From the NCBI GenBank assembly GCA_017465345.1, contig JAFTWI010000083.1, positions 1 through 61,711 of the forward strand: a DNA stretch of 61,711 bases, read 5' to 3'. The position numbers and the translations under genes are program-made. Within the stretch, counting starts at the first letter, position 1, and each line of letters opens with the position of its first letter. Positions 48,762 through 57,379 of the stretch are shown here, in pieces. Source of the DNA: Oscillospiraceae bacterium. Its GTDB lineage: Bacteria; Bacillota; Clostridia; Oscillospirales; Ruminococcaceae. The notes beneath the pieces were generated by a model. The model ran no database searches. It was given only the letters and a program-made list of their open reading frames with translations, and was not told where the DNA came from.

Positions 48762-48978
48762 TTTTAGTCCTCCATTGTTCTCTGATTGTTATTTGCAAAA
48801 TTTTGATTAGATATATTATACCACTTGATTCCAAAAAATCAAGTGGTATTTTCATAAATATGGTGATTGAAATGTATTCGGTGAATTTAGTGTAATATTT
48901 CAAAAATTATTTGTGTAAAAATCGGTGTATTTTCTTTGAAAAATCACACTAAATTACACGAATAATTTTTATGTTGTT

Positions 48979-51111
48979 TTACAGCTTTAGATGCAACATT
49001 AGTCGTTCAAAGTTTATTACCAAAACTTCTACCTTAGACCCGTTTATTTTCCTTGTGCGGTCAAAGCGTTTTATTTTTCCAGCTGTGCGTAAAGTTGTAA
49101 GATGATTTCCAGCAAGGATCTTTCTGACAAATTCTGTTTTGCTGAGATTAACTTGTTCACCATTATTGTATGCATATAAAGTGAACTCCTGATAAAATGT
49201 TGCAGTATTTCTCAGTAACAGTTCATTTTTCTTATAATCAACCCATCCAAGTTTTGCTTCAATGCCTGAATTCTTATCGAGAATATGGTCATCAGCCATT
49301 TCTTCTTGGATAAATTCAGCAAATAATTTTAGCAATCCCTTTATGTCTCTGTATAGTGTAGTTTGGCAGTGGGTTAATAAGACTTTATATGCTTCATTGT
49401 AAAAATCATCAAAATGTTCTTTCTTTTCAGGCAAACGGTCACTGATATATTCATTCAACGATTCAAGTGTAGCAAGAAGATAAGCATATCTTTTTACCTT
49501 GCTTTTATCACTTTTAGATGATGAAAGTTTTTTTAATGAAAGAGCATAAAGTGTATCGAAATAATCATCATGATATTTGGGATTTTTCAAATATTCATTA
49601 ATTACACATTCATTATATTTTTCTTTTGCATAGTCAAATAATTCTTCTATGTCATTGTAAGCTCCAAAATAGAGAGCAGGGGATTCAGTTTCTACTCTGG
49701 CATAATAATCATTATCGATTTTTTTGAAAAATAAAAATTGATCATCATCAAATTGTTTTAGATATCGAGTATAGTCTTTTAATTTCATCGATTGAATAAA
49801 TTTAACGGTTCTATCTACACTTCTATCGGCGTGTTCAAGAAAAACATATTCTACATATTTTTCGATAATAAGAAGCATTTTAGTATAGGTTTCTTTATAT
49901 GTTTCTATAATATTTTTTTTGCGATTATGTTCCTTTTTCATTATTGACAGTGATATTTTTTCAGAAATGTAAATCAAATAATCTTTGACAAAATTGGGAA
50001 AAGATATCAGTGAAAAATCAAAATTCTTGTCATAAATCGCACAATTCGGAGTGTGTACGCAATTCAGAGTAATAGCTTCCTGCGGTGCATTGTTCAGGTT
50101 GAAAAACATATAAGCTATTTGTGAATTAAGAGCATTAGCAAAAGCATTAGGTGTAATAGTTCCCTTTTCATAAAAATTGGAATTATATTTCAGAACAGGA
50201 ATATCTCTGAGTATTATTGGTTTCTTGAAACGTGGAATTTTAAGATTAATATTTTTATTTATAGCAGTCAAAGATGATGTCAATTTTATATTTTTATTGG
50301 TGGTGTCAAAGAAGTTTTGGTTTAAATGTGATATGTATTCTACCATGTTCTGATTATTGTAATAGTTATTATTACTACTGATATGAAGCAGAAAATCATT
50401 TGGACCGGCAACCTTTTTTGAATGGCTGAAATGCTGGAATAAAGACTTATTCTTGCCGAAAAACATGTACAGAAGCAATGGGATACTGAAGTTATAATCA
50501 GCATACCTGATTGACTTCATCATATTGTCATATTCTGTTAAGATGGTATTTTTCTCAAATAGATATATATCATTAAGTATGTAAGGAACAGCTTCGGCAC
50601 TATCTATTTTAACTACACTTGCATCATTGATATCTCTGTAAATATATCCATCGATAAACTGTTGCCAACCTGTATAATTATGAGTTAAACACACCAACTC
50701 TGGACCTTGAGTGCAGATGTATGACTTCAAAGAACAGTATGCAAGATCTCTTTCAAAAGTATGACTTTCTTCAGATAATTCAATGATTGGTTCATATTTA
50801 TTTGGAATTAACAATTCTTCTAAAAATATTCCTTTTGATAATCCATTTTTCTTTTTTAATTTGTTAAGGGTAGATGGAAAACTTGGTGCACAAACATAGT
50901 TGTCCTTATCACATTCAAAAGGGTTAAGATATTTTATCGAGAACAACTCACATTCTTTTTTTGTTCTTCTAATGGAAATGACTTTTCCGTTGCAACCATT
51001 AAATTTTGTATGCATAGCATAAGTGCCCTTAAGAATACTACGTTTTCCAAGTAGCGATGTACTCTTTAATACTGAATCAGGTGTTTTTTCAATCTTTTTA
51101 GCTATGTACAT
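48979..51111 (-). CDS. Large orphan protein (~711 aa), unknown function
   Basis: Start moved to MYIAKKIEK (AGGGAGGA RBS about 7 nt upstream). Very AT-rich and rich in N/K/Y/I/F. No Walker A, nuclease or other catalytic motif recognised. Confidence 0.6.
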   Translation of the reverse strand: MYIAKKIEKTPDSVLKSTSLLGKRSILKGTYAMHTKFNGCNGKVISIRRTKKECELFSIKYLNPFECDKDNYVCAPSFPSTLNKLKKKNGLSKGIFLEELLIPNKYEPIIELSEESHTFERDLAYCSLKSYICTQGPELVCLTHNYTGWQQFIDGYIYRDINDASVVKIDSAEAVPYILNDIYLFEKNTILTEYDNMMKSIRYADYNFSIPLLLYMFFGKNKSLFQHFSHSKKVAGPNDFLLHISSNNNYYNNQNMVEYISHLNQNFFDTTNKNIKLTSSLTAINKNINLKIPRFKKPIILRDIPVLKYNSNFYEKGTITPNAFANALNSQIAYMFFNLNNAPQEAITLNCVHTPNCAIYDKNFDFSLISFPNFVKDYLIYISEKISLSIMKKEHNRKKNIIETYKETYTKMLLIIEKYVEYVFLEHADRSVDRTVKFIQSMKLKDYTRYLKQFDDDQFLFFKKIDNDYYARVETESPALYFGAYNDIEELFDYAKEKYNECVINEYLKNPKYHDDYFDTLYALSLKKLSSSKSDKSKVKRYAYLLATLESLNEYISDRLPEKKEHFDDFYNEAYKVLLTHCQTTLYRDIKGLLKLFAEFIQEEMADDHILDKNSGIEAKLGWVDYKKNELLLRNTATFYQEFTLYAYNNGEQVNLSKTEFVRKILAGNHLTTLRTAGKIKRFDRTRKINGSKVEVLVINFERLMLHLKL

Positions 51112-51421
51112 GACGATTCCTCCCTTTGCATTTATGATATCATAAATAGACAAAAAAGACAATATTTTTTTAAAAAACACTAATTCATTTTCATGAAAAA
51201 ACATACCATTTTCATATTAAAATTTTGCTTCATTTACCCCATTATTCATCTCATAATATTTTTTAAAACACATTAATTTAGTCTGAATTTGCTTTACAGA
51301 ATACCCTTACCTATAGCAGGGATTCCTTCCTAACAATTATGAAATTTGCCCGTGTGGAAAACATATATTATTTTTTAAAACAGACACAACTAATCTGTAA
51401 TCTAAAAAAGGAGGAATCCAA

Positions 51422-51580
51422 ATGGATTATACTATTACACGGGCAGACCTTAATAACTGCCAATTTGAAAATTGCACAGCTTATGTGCAGAACGAAAACC
51501 ACATCGAAGCTTTTGCTCCTGATGTGATGCTCACTGTTATTTATAACGTACTCCATAAGGAGGCGGTGAGCAATGACTAA
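51422..51580 (+). CDS. Candidate 52-aa ORF translationally coupled to the serine recombinase gene
   Basis: AAAGGAGG RBS 7 nt upstream of the ATG. Translation is MDYTITRADLNNCQFENCTAYVQNENHIEAFAPDVMLTVIYNVLHKEAVSND. Its stop overlaps the recombinase ATG at 51573. Confidence 0.35.
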   Translation: MDYTITRADLNNCQFENCTAYVQNENHIEAFAPDVMLTVIYNVLHKEAVSND

Positions 51581-53207
51581 GATTGACAGAATGCTTGCGG
51601 CAGGAAAGATACCAACAGCGGCTATATATGCACGCTTCTCCAGCGATAATCAGCGTGAAGAAAGTATCGATGCACAGCTCAGAGCCTGCCGCGAATTTGC
51701 AGAACGAAATCAGCTCAAAATCGTGAAGGAATATGTTGACCGTGCAAAGTCAGCTACATCTACCGATAAGCGTACTGAGTTCCTTGCTATGATAAGCGAG
51801 GCGGACAAGTTCGATTTTGTTCTCGTCCACAAGCTGGACAGATTTGCACGAAACCGTTCAGACAGTATAGGCTACAGAATGGAGCTAAAAAGGCACGGCA
51901 CATCATTGATAAGCGTGCTTGAAAATCTCGATGAAGAGAATCCGGAGAGCGTTATCCTTGAAAGCGTACTGGAAGGCATGAATGAGTATTATTCACGAAA
52001 TCTTGCCCGTGAGGTACGTAAGGGTCTGAACGAGAACGCACTTAAATGTATGCACAACGGAGGCTTGCCTCCGCTGGGCTACATCGTAAACCCCAATACA
52101 AAGAGGCTCGAAATAGATAAAGAAGAAGCCCTTGCTGTCAAGTTCATCTTTCAAAGTGTACTTGATGGCAAGGGCTATACTTATATAATCAAGGAGCTTA
52201 ATGAGCGTGGTATGAAAACAAAGCGGGGGAAAGCCTTTGGCAAGAACTCGCTTTATGATATACTGCGCAACGAAAAATACTGTGGTACTTACACATATAA
52301 TCGTGCCGAGTCAAAAATCGGAACAACCCGCAACAATCATAGGAGCAAATCTGACGAAGACATTATTCATATCGAGAACGGCGTACCTGCTATCATAAGC
52401 AAGGAAGCCTTTCAGAAGGTGCAGGAAATACTTAATAAGCGCTCCAATAAATCATCTACTGCAAAGGCAAAAGAAGTATACCTGCTCACAGGTAAGGTAT
52501 ATTGCGGAGAATGTGGTGCCGTATATTGCGGAAACCGTCACAGGTGCGGCAGAAGCAAAACTACTATGGTTACATATCGTTGCAATAATCGCACGGCTAA
52601 AACAACGGTAGTATGCAAAAACAAAGAGGTCAACAAGCACTATCTCGAACGCTTTGTCCTGAACGTGTTGTCTGACATTATATTCGACGAAAAGTATATC
52701 CCAAGCATAATAGAGGGATACAATGATTTCATTATCAGGAACTCTACAGATATGCTTGATGAGCAGCATCGCTTGAACAGAGAGGTTACCAAACTTACAA
52801 ACAGGATTGAAAACCTTACGAATGTTATTGCCGAAACAGGCAATGCAAGCCTTGTTACAGCTTTGGGTAAGGTAGAAAGCGAGCGTGCTAATCTTATAGA
52901 GCAGGTAGAAGAGCTGAAGGAAAAGATGCAAACGGTACATATTGCCGACAGTGAAATTGACAGTGCTTTCAGAAAAGCGAAGGTTATGTTCCAGTCGGGC
53001 AGACTTGCCGAAACACGTCAGCTTATCAATCTGTACGTTGAGCGAGTTACTGTATACATCGACCATATCGACCTTAAAATCAACCCAATGAATTTCGTGT
53101 CAAGCGTTGTTTCTGCGGGCAATAACGCAGAGCTTGGAAAGATACCAAAAGGTGATTTTTCAAGAGAAAAATCTATTGATAGAAAGATACTCAATAACAG
53201 TAAATGA
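51573..53207 (+). CDS. Large serine recombinase
   Basis: 544 aa. N-terminal resolvase catalytic domain (AAIYARFSSDNQREESIDAQ, LVHKLDRFARN), recombinase domain, Cys-rich zinc ribbon (CGECGAVYCG...CNN...C) and a coiled-coil C-terminus. Confidence 0.9.
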   Translation: MTKIDRMLAAGKIPTAAIYARFSSDNQREESIDAQLRACREFAERNQLKIVKEYVDRAKSATSTDKRTEFLAMISEADKFDFVLVHKLDRFARNRSDSIGYRMELKRHGTSLISVLENLDEENPESVILESVLEGMNEYYSRNLAREVRKGLNENALKCMHNGGLPPLGYIVNPNTKRLEIDKEEALAVKFIFQSVLDGKGYTYIIKELNERGMKTKRGKAFGKNSLYDILRNEKYCGTYTYNRAESKIGTTRNNHRSKSDEDIIHIENGVPAIISKEAFQKVQEILNKRSNKSSTAKAKEVYLLTGKVYCGECGAVYCGNRHRCGRSKTTMVTYRCNNRTAKTTVVCKNKEVNKHYLERFVLNVLSDIIFDEKYIPSIIEGYNDFIIRNSTDMLDEQHRLNREVTKLTNRIENLTNVIAETGNASLVTALGKVESERANLIEQVEELKEKMQTVHIADSEIDSAFRKAKVMFQSGRLAETRQLINLYVERVTVYIDHIDLKINPMNFVSSVVSAGNNAELGKIPKGDFSREKSIDRKILNNSK

Positions 53208-53261
53208 AAAATCGGGTATCGCTCAACACAGCGATACCCGAATTAAACAAGGAGGATTTTT

Positions 53262-54305
53262 ATGTTTTTTACACACAGCAATATTGGAATATCAAACATT
53301 GTTATTTCTGCAAAAATTTCTGAGGAAAAATATAGAATGATAAAATCAATTCTGATTAAATCTAAGATTCCACATCTATGCACAAATAACACGATAATAT
53401 CATCTTATTTCAGTAAAGAAGGGATATGCGGAATAACACCGATATTGAGCCGTGATAAGTACGGCTATTTTTTTAGAATTACAGTTTATCCGCAAAGCCT
53501 TATCAATAATGCACCAATCAATTATGAGCCATATATTTATAGCAATCAGAGTGCGGAACGGCTCATGAATCATATAAATAGCTGTGTTAAGCAGTTGAAA
53601 ATGAATATAAACTATTTTTATGTTACACGCATTGGACTGTGTGCGGATTATTGCTTTGAAAACGGCGAGATTACAGAGCAATATTTACAGCTTGCTCATA
53701 ATGCTGTTTACAGCCAAAAGAGCGTACATTATAGCTTGGTTAATGATAAGGATATCAGGCATTCGGTTGCGTGGATTAACGGTAAATCTGAGCTGGAATT
53801 CAGTGACAGAAATTACAGATATGCACGTAATAAAAAAGCATCAACTGATTTATGGGGCGATACATTGAGGATAGAAGCTGTTTTCCATAGAATGCATATC
53901 AATGAGTTTACGAAGAAATTCTATGGTGATCATAATATCAGCATAAATGAAGCAATAAAATGCTATGCAGAAAATGCTGGTGAACTAATGCTGAAAATTA
54001 TTGATAAGCTATATCCAAAAGGAGACTATTATTCTAAGGATATCGTCAATATCAACATCGAAGAAATGAAAATCAACGATGAGGATAAAATCAATTTATG
54101 CGATATGGTAAAAGCAACCGACTTTATGAGAAGAGCTGAAATTCTTATGCAAAGTCAGGTGCTAAAACGAGAACGCTTGAAAACCTTACTTAACTTGTTG
54201 AATAAAATGAATTTAAACCCAGTTGCAATTCCAAATCGGACAGGAATAAAATTTTTATATAGCTTCAGAAATCTGATTGAATTTGCATCAGGTAAATCTC
54301 AGTAA
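53262..54305 (+). CDS. Hypothetical protein, weak resemblance to rolling-circle replication initiators (Rep_trans / gene II-like)
   Basis: 347 aa with an AAGGAGG RBS. VTRIGLCADY and GDTLRIEAVFHRMH resemble the R.D..D and lR.E motifs of replication initiation factors. The similarity is low-confidence and by eye. Confidence 0.5.
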   Translation: MFFTHSNIGISNIVISAKISEEKYRMIKSILIKSKIPHLCTNNTIISSYFSKEGICGITPILSRDKYGYFFRITVYPQSLINNAPINYEPYIYSNQSAERLMNHINSCVKQLKMNINYFYVTRIGLCADYCFENGEITEQYLQLAHNAVYSQKSVHYSLVNDKDIRHSVAWINGKSELEFSDRNYRYARNKKASTDLWGDTLRIEAVFHRMHINEFTKKFYGDHNISINEAIKCYAENAGELMLKIIDKLYPKGDYYSKDIVNINIEEMKINDEDKINLCDMVKATDFMRRAEILMQSQVLKRERLKTLLNLLNKMNLNPVAIPNRTGIKFLYSFRNLIEFASGKSQ

Positions 54306-54567
54306 ATTTTCATTATATATTTTTTATTTTGTAGCCTGTAAGGTTAAAATTTTAAGTGGTGATTATGTCTGTGCAGCCGTGATTTATAGCTGTGCAGACA
54401 TAAAGCTGTGAGGACACCGACCATTCGGCAATGAGCGTTTTGAAGAAATGAGATTGATTAATTTAATGTTTCATATCTTCGGAACAAATCGATAAAGATG
54501 AGCAGAGATGAGAAAAATAAATTAAGATGATAACATATAGGTAAATCAATAATCGAGAGGTGAGTTT

Positions 54568-54876
54568 ATGTTATCTGAAAAACACAAAATAACTAAAGAT
54601 GGTTTTGGGATACATACATTTGAACTTATGTATTCCTGCATATACAAGAAGGAATATAAAAGATTAAGGAAAAGATTTTGCTATATAAATAATTACCTTG
54701 ACAGCAATGAAAAATATTATGTTGGGGATAATTATACTTATCTGAATTTATATGATGATGGAATACGGGTATACCTGAACTGCGATAAATCAAAATTTTA
54801 CAGCATAAGAGTTATTATTACTCCACGTACTCTTATTCTCACGTGTATGGTTTACCGAGTTATTGCAAAAGAATAG
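54568..54876 (+). CDS. Truncated paralogue of the N-terminal module of 53262..54305
   Basis: 102 aa. GIRVYLNCDKSKFYSIRVIITPRTLI aligns with GICGITPILSRDKYGYFFRITVYPQSLI of the 347-aa protein, then terminates. Confidence 0.35.
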   Translation: MLSEKHKITKDGFGIHTFELMYSCIYKKEYKRLRKRFCYINNYLDSNEKYYVGDNYTYLNLYDDGIRVYLNCDKSKFYSIRVIITPRTLILTCMVYRVIAKE

Positions 54877-55475
54877 CAACGGCAGATGTATTAGGTAAAA
54901 GCTATGCGGAAGTATTAACCAAAATAGCGGAGGCTTATTATGGCACATGGAGTTGTGAACGCGGAGAAACATTGGTATTTACGCCAACCGGTAACTATTC
55001 TGAACTTGTAGGTGTATCACAGCATACACATATAGATGCACCAATAATATTAAATAATGCAGCAAACTCAGAGAGTACAATACAAAAGAAAGAGTACGGT
55101 ACATACAATTACGAATGCCTATGTCTTACAAATTCCTTGTACTCCGATAATAGTGAATATATGGAGAATTTTGTGGACGACATATATAATAGGCTTACCT
55201 TAGATAAACATAATTTTGGCAGTCGTTTTAATATTAACAAGTCCTTCATGTATTGCCAGAAGGCTGTACTTGACGAAATACCATATACAGTCTGCGCTTT
55301 TGGTTTTGCAGAACATCCGAATAGATATTATGCAGCTAACAGCACTATATATAATATTACTTTTTATGGAATTTTTGCCTCTGTATCTAACAATAACGGT
55401 ATGGACGAAATACAAGCGATGTGCAGACAATCGAAAGTGATAAATGATAAGGTGCATTATTTGGAAATGAGGTAA
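54843..55475 (+). CDS. Hypothetical protein
   Basis: 210 aa with a GTG start assigned by the ORF track. No recognisable motif. Overlaps the previous ORF in another frame. Confidence 0.4.
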   Translation: MYGLPSYCKRIATADVLGKSYAEVLTKIAEAYYGTWSCERGETLVFTPTGNYSELVGVSQHTHIDAPIILNNAANSESTIQKKEYGTYNYECLCLTNSLYSDNSEYMENFVDDIYNRLTLDKHNFGSRFNINKSFMYCQKAVLDEIPYTVCAFGFAEHPNRYYAANSTIYNITFYGIFASVSNNNGMDEIQAMCRQSKVINDKVHYLEMR

Positions 55476-55616
55476 AACATATTAAAATGTAAAAATAGAC
55501 TCTTGACCCTGTTTACATAACGTAAAACAATTCAAAAAACAATTCTATTTTTGCATTATTCAGCGGAAGATTGATATTTAAAATAGGGTACACCCTATCT
55601 TTACGGAGATGATAAA

Positions 55617-56192
55617 ATGAAAATAGCTTATGTAAGAGTTTCAACAGTTGAGCAGAACGAAGCAAGACAGGTTGAGGCATTAGAGAAATATGATATAGAA
55701 AAGTGGTTTACTGAAAAGGTATCAGGCAAGGACATCAACAGACCACAGCTTCAGCAGATGCTTGAATTTGCTCGTGAGGGTGATACAATATATGTGCATG
55801 ATTTTTCGAGACTTGCGAGAAGTACAAAAGATTTATTAAGCATTGTTGAACTGCTGAAATCAAAAGGTATACATCTTGTAAGTAACAAAGAATGTGTTGA
55901 TACGTCTACACCAACAGGAACGCTTATGATAACTATGATAGGTGCAATTAACGAATTTGAACGTACCAATCTGCTTGAACGTCAGCGTGAGGGGATTGCT
56001 ATTGCAAAGAGGAATGGTGTGTACAAGGGACGCAAGCCGTTTACGTCGGACAAGTTTGAGGAGTTGTATCAGGCTTATCTGTCACGGAAAATCTGTAAGA
56101 GGGAGTTTGCTAATCTGTTAGGCGTATCACGACCGACACTGGATAAGCTTATAAAAAACAACGGTATGAACTACACAGACAACGAATCTTGA
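55617..56192 (+). CDS. Small serine recombinase (resolvase/invertase family)
   Basis: 191 aa. MKIAYVRVSTVEQNEARQ catalytic-Ser start, VHDFSRLARS, and a C-terminal HTH (FANLLGVSRPTLDKLIK). Confidence 0.9.
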   Translation: MKIAYVRVSTVEQNEARQVEALEKYDIEKWFTEKVSGKDINRPQLQQMLEFAREGDTIYVHDFSRLARSTKDLLSIVELLKSKGIHLVSNKECVDTSTPTGTLMITMIGAINEFERTNLLERQREGIAIAKRNGVYKGRKPFTSDKFEELYQAYLSRKICKREFANLLGVSRPTLDKLIKNNGMNYTDNES

Positions 56193-56208
56193 TATGTTAT
56201 ACAATAGT

Positions 56209-56250
56209 AATAAGGGTACGAGACTTAAAATCCTCGTACCCTTATTTTAT
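56209..56250 (+). terminator. Rho-independent terminator after the small recombinase gene
   Basis: AATAAGGGTACGAG/CTCGTACCCTTATT stem followed by T-rich sequence. Confidence 0.75.
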
Positions 56251-56368
56251 TACAACTAATAAAATGGACTAAAAATTGCTTTAAAAATGCGCGTATAAAT
56301 ATAGTATATTATTCAATATTTTACGGAAACTTGCATATATAACTAAATTACCATATTCATATCGTGAC

Positions 56369-56839
56369 TTATCCTTTAAACTTCGAAAAAACATCAAATA
56401 TATCATAATTGGAGTAAACAGCTCTGTGGTCAACGTTTTTTGCAACGGCACATGCTACAGAGAGAGCTAAAGCAGTATCATTATCAATATCATTGTCATT
56501 AGTAGAGGGTACCGGTAACTCAAAGTGGAAACTGGCAGTTGTATTAGATTTTATGCCGATGGTCCACGCAATATTACGCGAGCAATGGTATTTGGCCGAA
56601 GTAGTAATAAAAGCATAAACGTCATAGCCATCAATGTAGACATATTTATTTGGGTCATTTATGCCTACAAAAAACAAGGGTGTCATTTGTTTTACAAACT
56701 TGACGAGTTTGCGATTTGATTTACCAATAATACCTATGGCATTATTCAATTTTGAATTTATGTCATAACCAGCCAATTCAAAACCGTCCTCAATACTGTT
56801 GCTACAAGGAAATAGGGATAATACGCTCACAGTAGTCAC
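56369..56839 (-). CDS. Hypothetical protein
   Basis: 156 aa. Divergent from the excisionase gene. No recognisable motif. Confidence 0.45.
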   Translation of the reverse strand: MTTVSVLSLFPCSNSIEDGFELAGYDINSKLNNAIGIIGKSNRKLVKFVKQMTPLFFVGINDPNKYVYIDGYDVYAFITTSAKYHCSRNIAWTIGIKSNTTASFHFELPVPSTNDNDIDNDTALALSVACAVAKNVDHRAVYSNYDIFDVFSKFKG

Positions 56840-57085
56840 TCCTTACTTTTATTTAATTAAATTATAAACTAATATAAAGGTTATATTAGTTTATATCACC
56901 TCAAAATATAGTAATAAGTGTATTGTAGCGCGATAATACGTGGAAAAACAGGTAAAAATGCGGACAATGTGTAAATAAATGCTTTGACAGGCTAAAAATA
57001 AAATTGATGTGCTAACCTGATGTGTTGATTGGGTAGTGAGCAGCACATTATTTGTGCTGTATCATTATATAAAGGAGGATGAATT

Positions 57086-57379
57086 ATGAATAATTCATTC
57101 ATGGGTACAAATAAACCACTATTTGCAGATTATCCTGACGTTGTAACAATCAAGCAAATGATGGAAATGCTACATATTGGTCGAAGCACAGCCGACAAAC
57201 TGCTTAATACTGGTGTAATACCATATTTCAAACTTGGAGAATCTTGTAGGGTACGTTATATCTTAAAATCAGAGATAATCCGTATGGTAGTCAATAAGGC
57301 CTTTACAACTATAGGCAACAATGATATAATTAATAACATTCACAATGGGTGTTATAATGAAAGGAGTAACACCGAATGA
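57086..57379 (+). CDS. Excisionase-family / MerR-like HTH DNA-binding protein
   Basis: 97 aa. VVTIKQMMEMLHIGRSTADKLLNTGVIPYFKLG is the HTH_17/excisionase pattern. Overlaps the integrase start (ATGA). Confidence 0.75.
   Translation: MNNSFMGTNKPLFADYPDVVTIKQMMEMLHIGRSTADKLLNTGVIPYFKLGESCRVRYILKSEIIRMVVNKAFTTIGNNDIINNIHNGCYNERSNTE

Noticed and set aside
48292-48810. The 172-aa plus-strand ORF spanning the structured region and the 88-aa gene.
   Set aside because: It runs through four hairpins and a terminator, has no RBS, and is antisense to an RBS-supported minus-strand gene.
51339-51527. The 62-aa plus-strand ORF upstream of the serine recombinase.
   Set aside because: It has no Shine-Dalgarno site. 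The strong AAAGGAGG site in this region serves the other frame, the 52-codon ORF at 51422.
54789-54876. A programmed -1 frameshift that would join ORF 54568..54876 to ORF 54843..55475.
   Set aside because: The second frame opens only at 54789, and the only A/T-run there (TCA AAA TTT T) is not a canonical X XXY YYZ heptamer. Shifting there would also delete the segment homologous to the 347-aa paralogue. A truncated paralogue followed by a separate ORF is the simpler reading.
54927-54935. A 9-nt match (GCGGAGGCT) to the 3' acceptor region of tRNA-fMet, considered as the distal att repeat of the int-xis element.
   Set aside because: The match is only 9 nt with mismatches on both sides, and it lies inside an ORF. 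That is about what chance gives in a 10-kb search. It needs a computational repeat search before it means anything.
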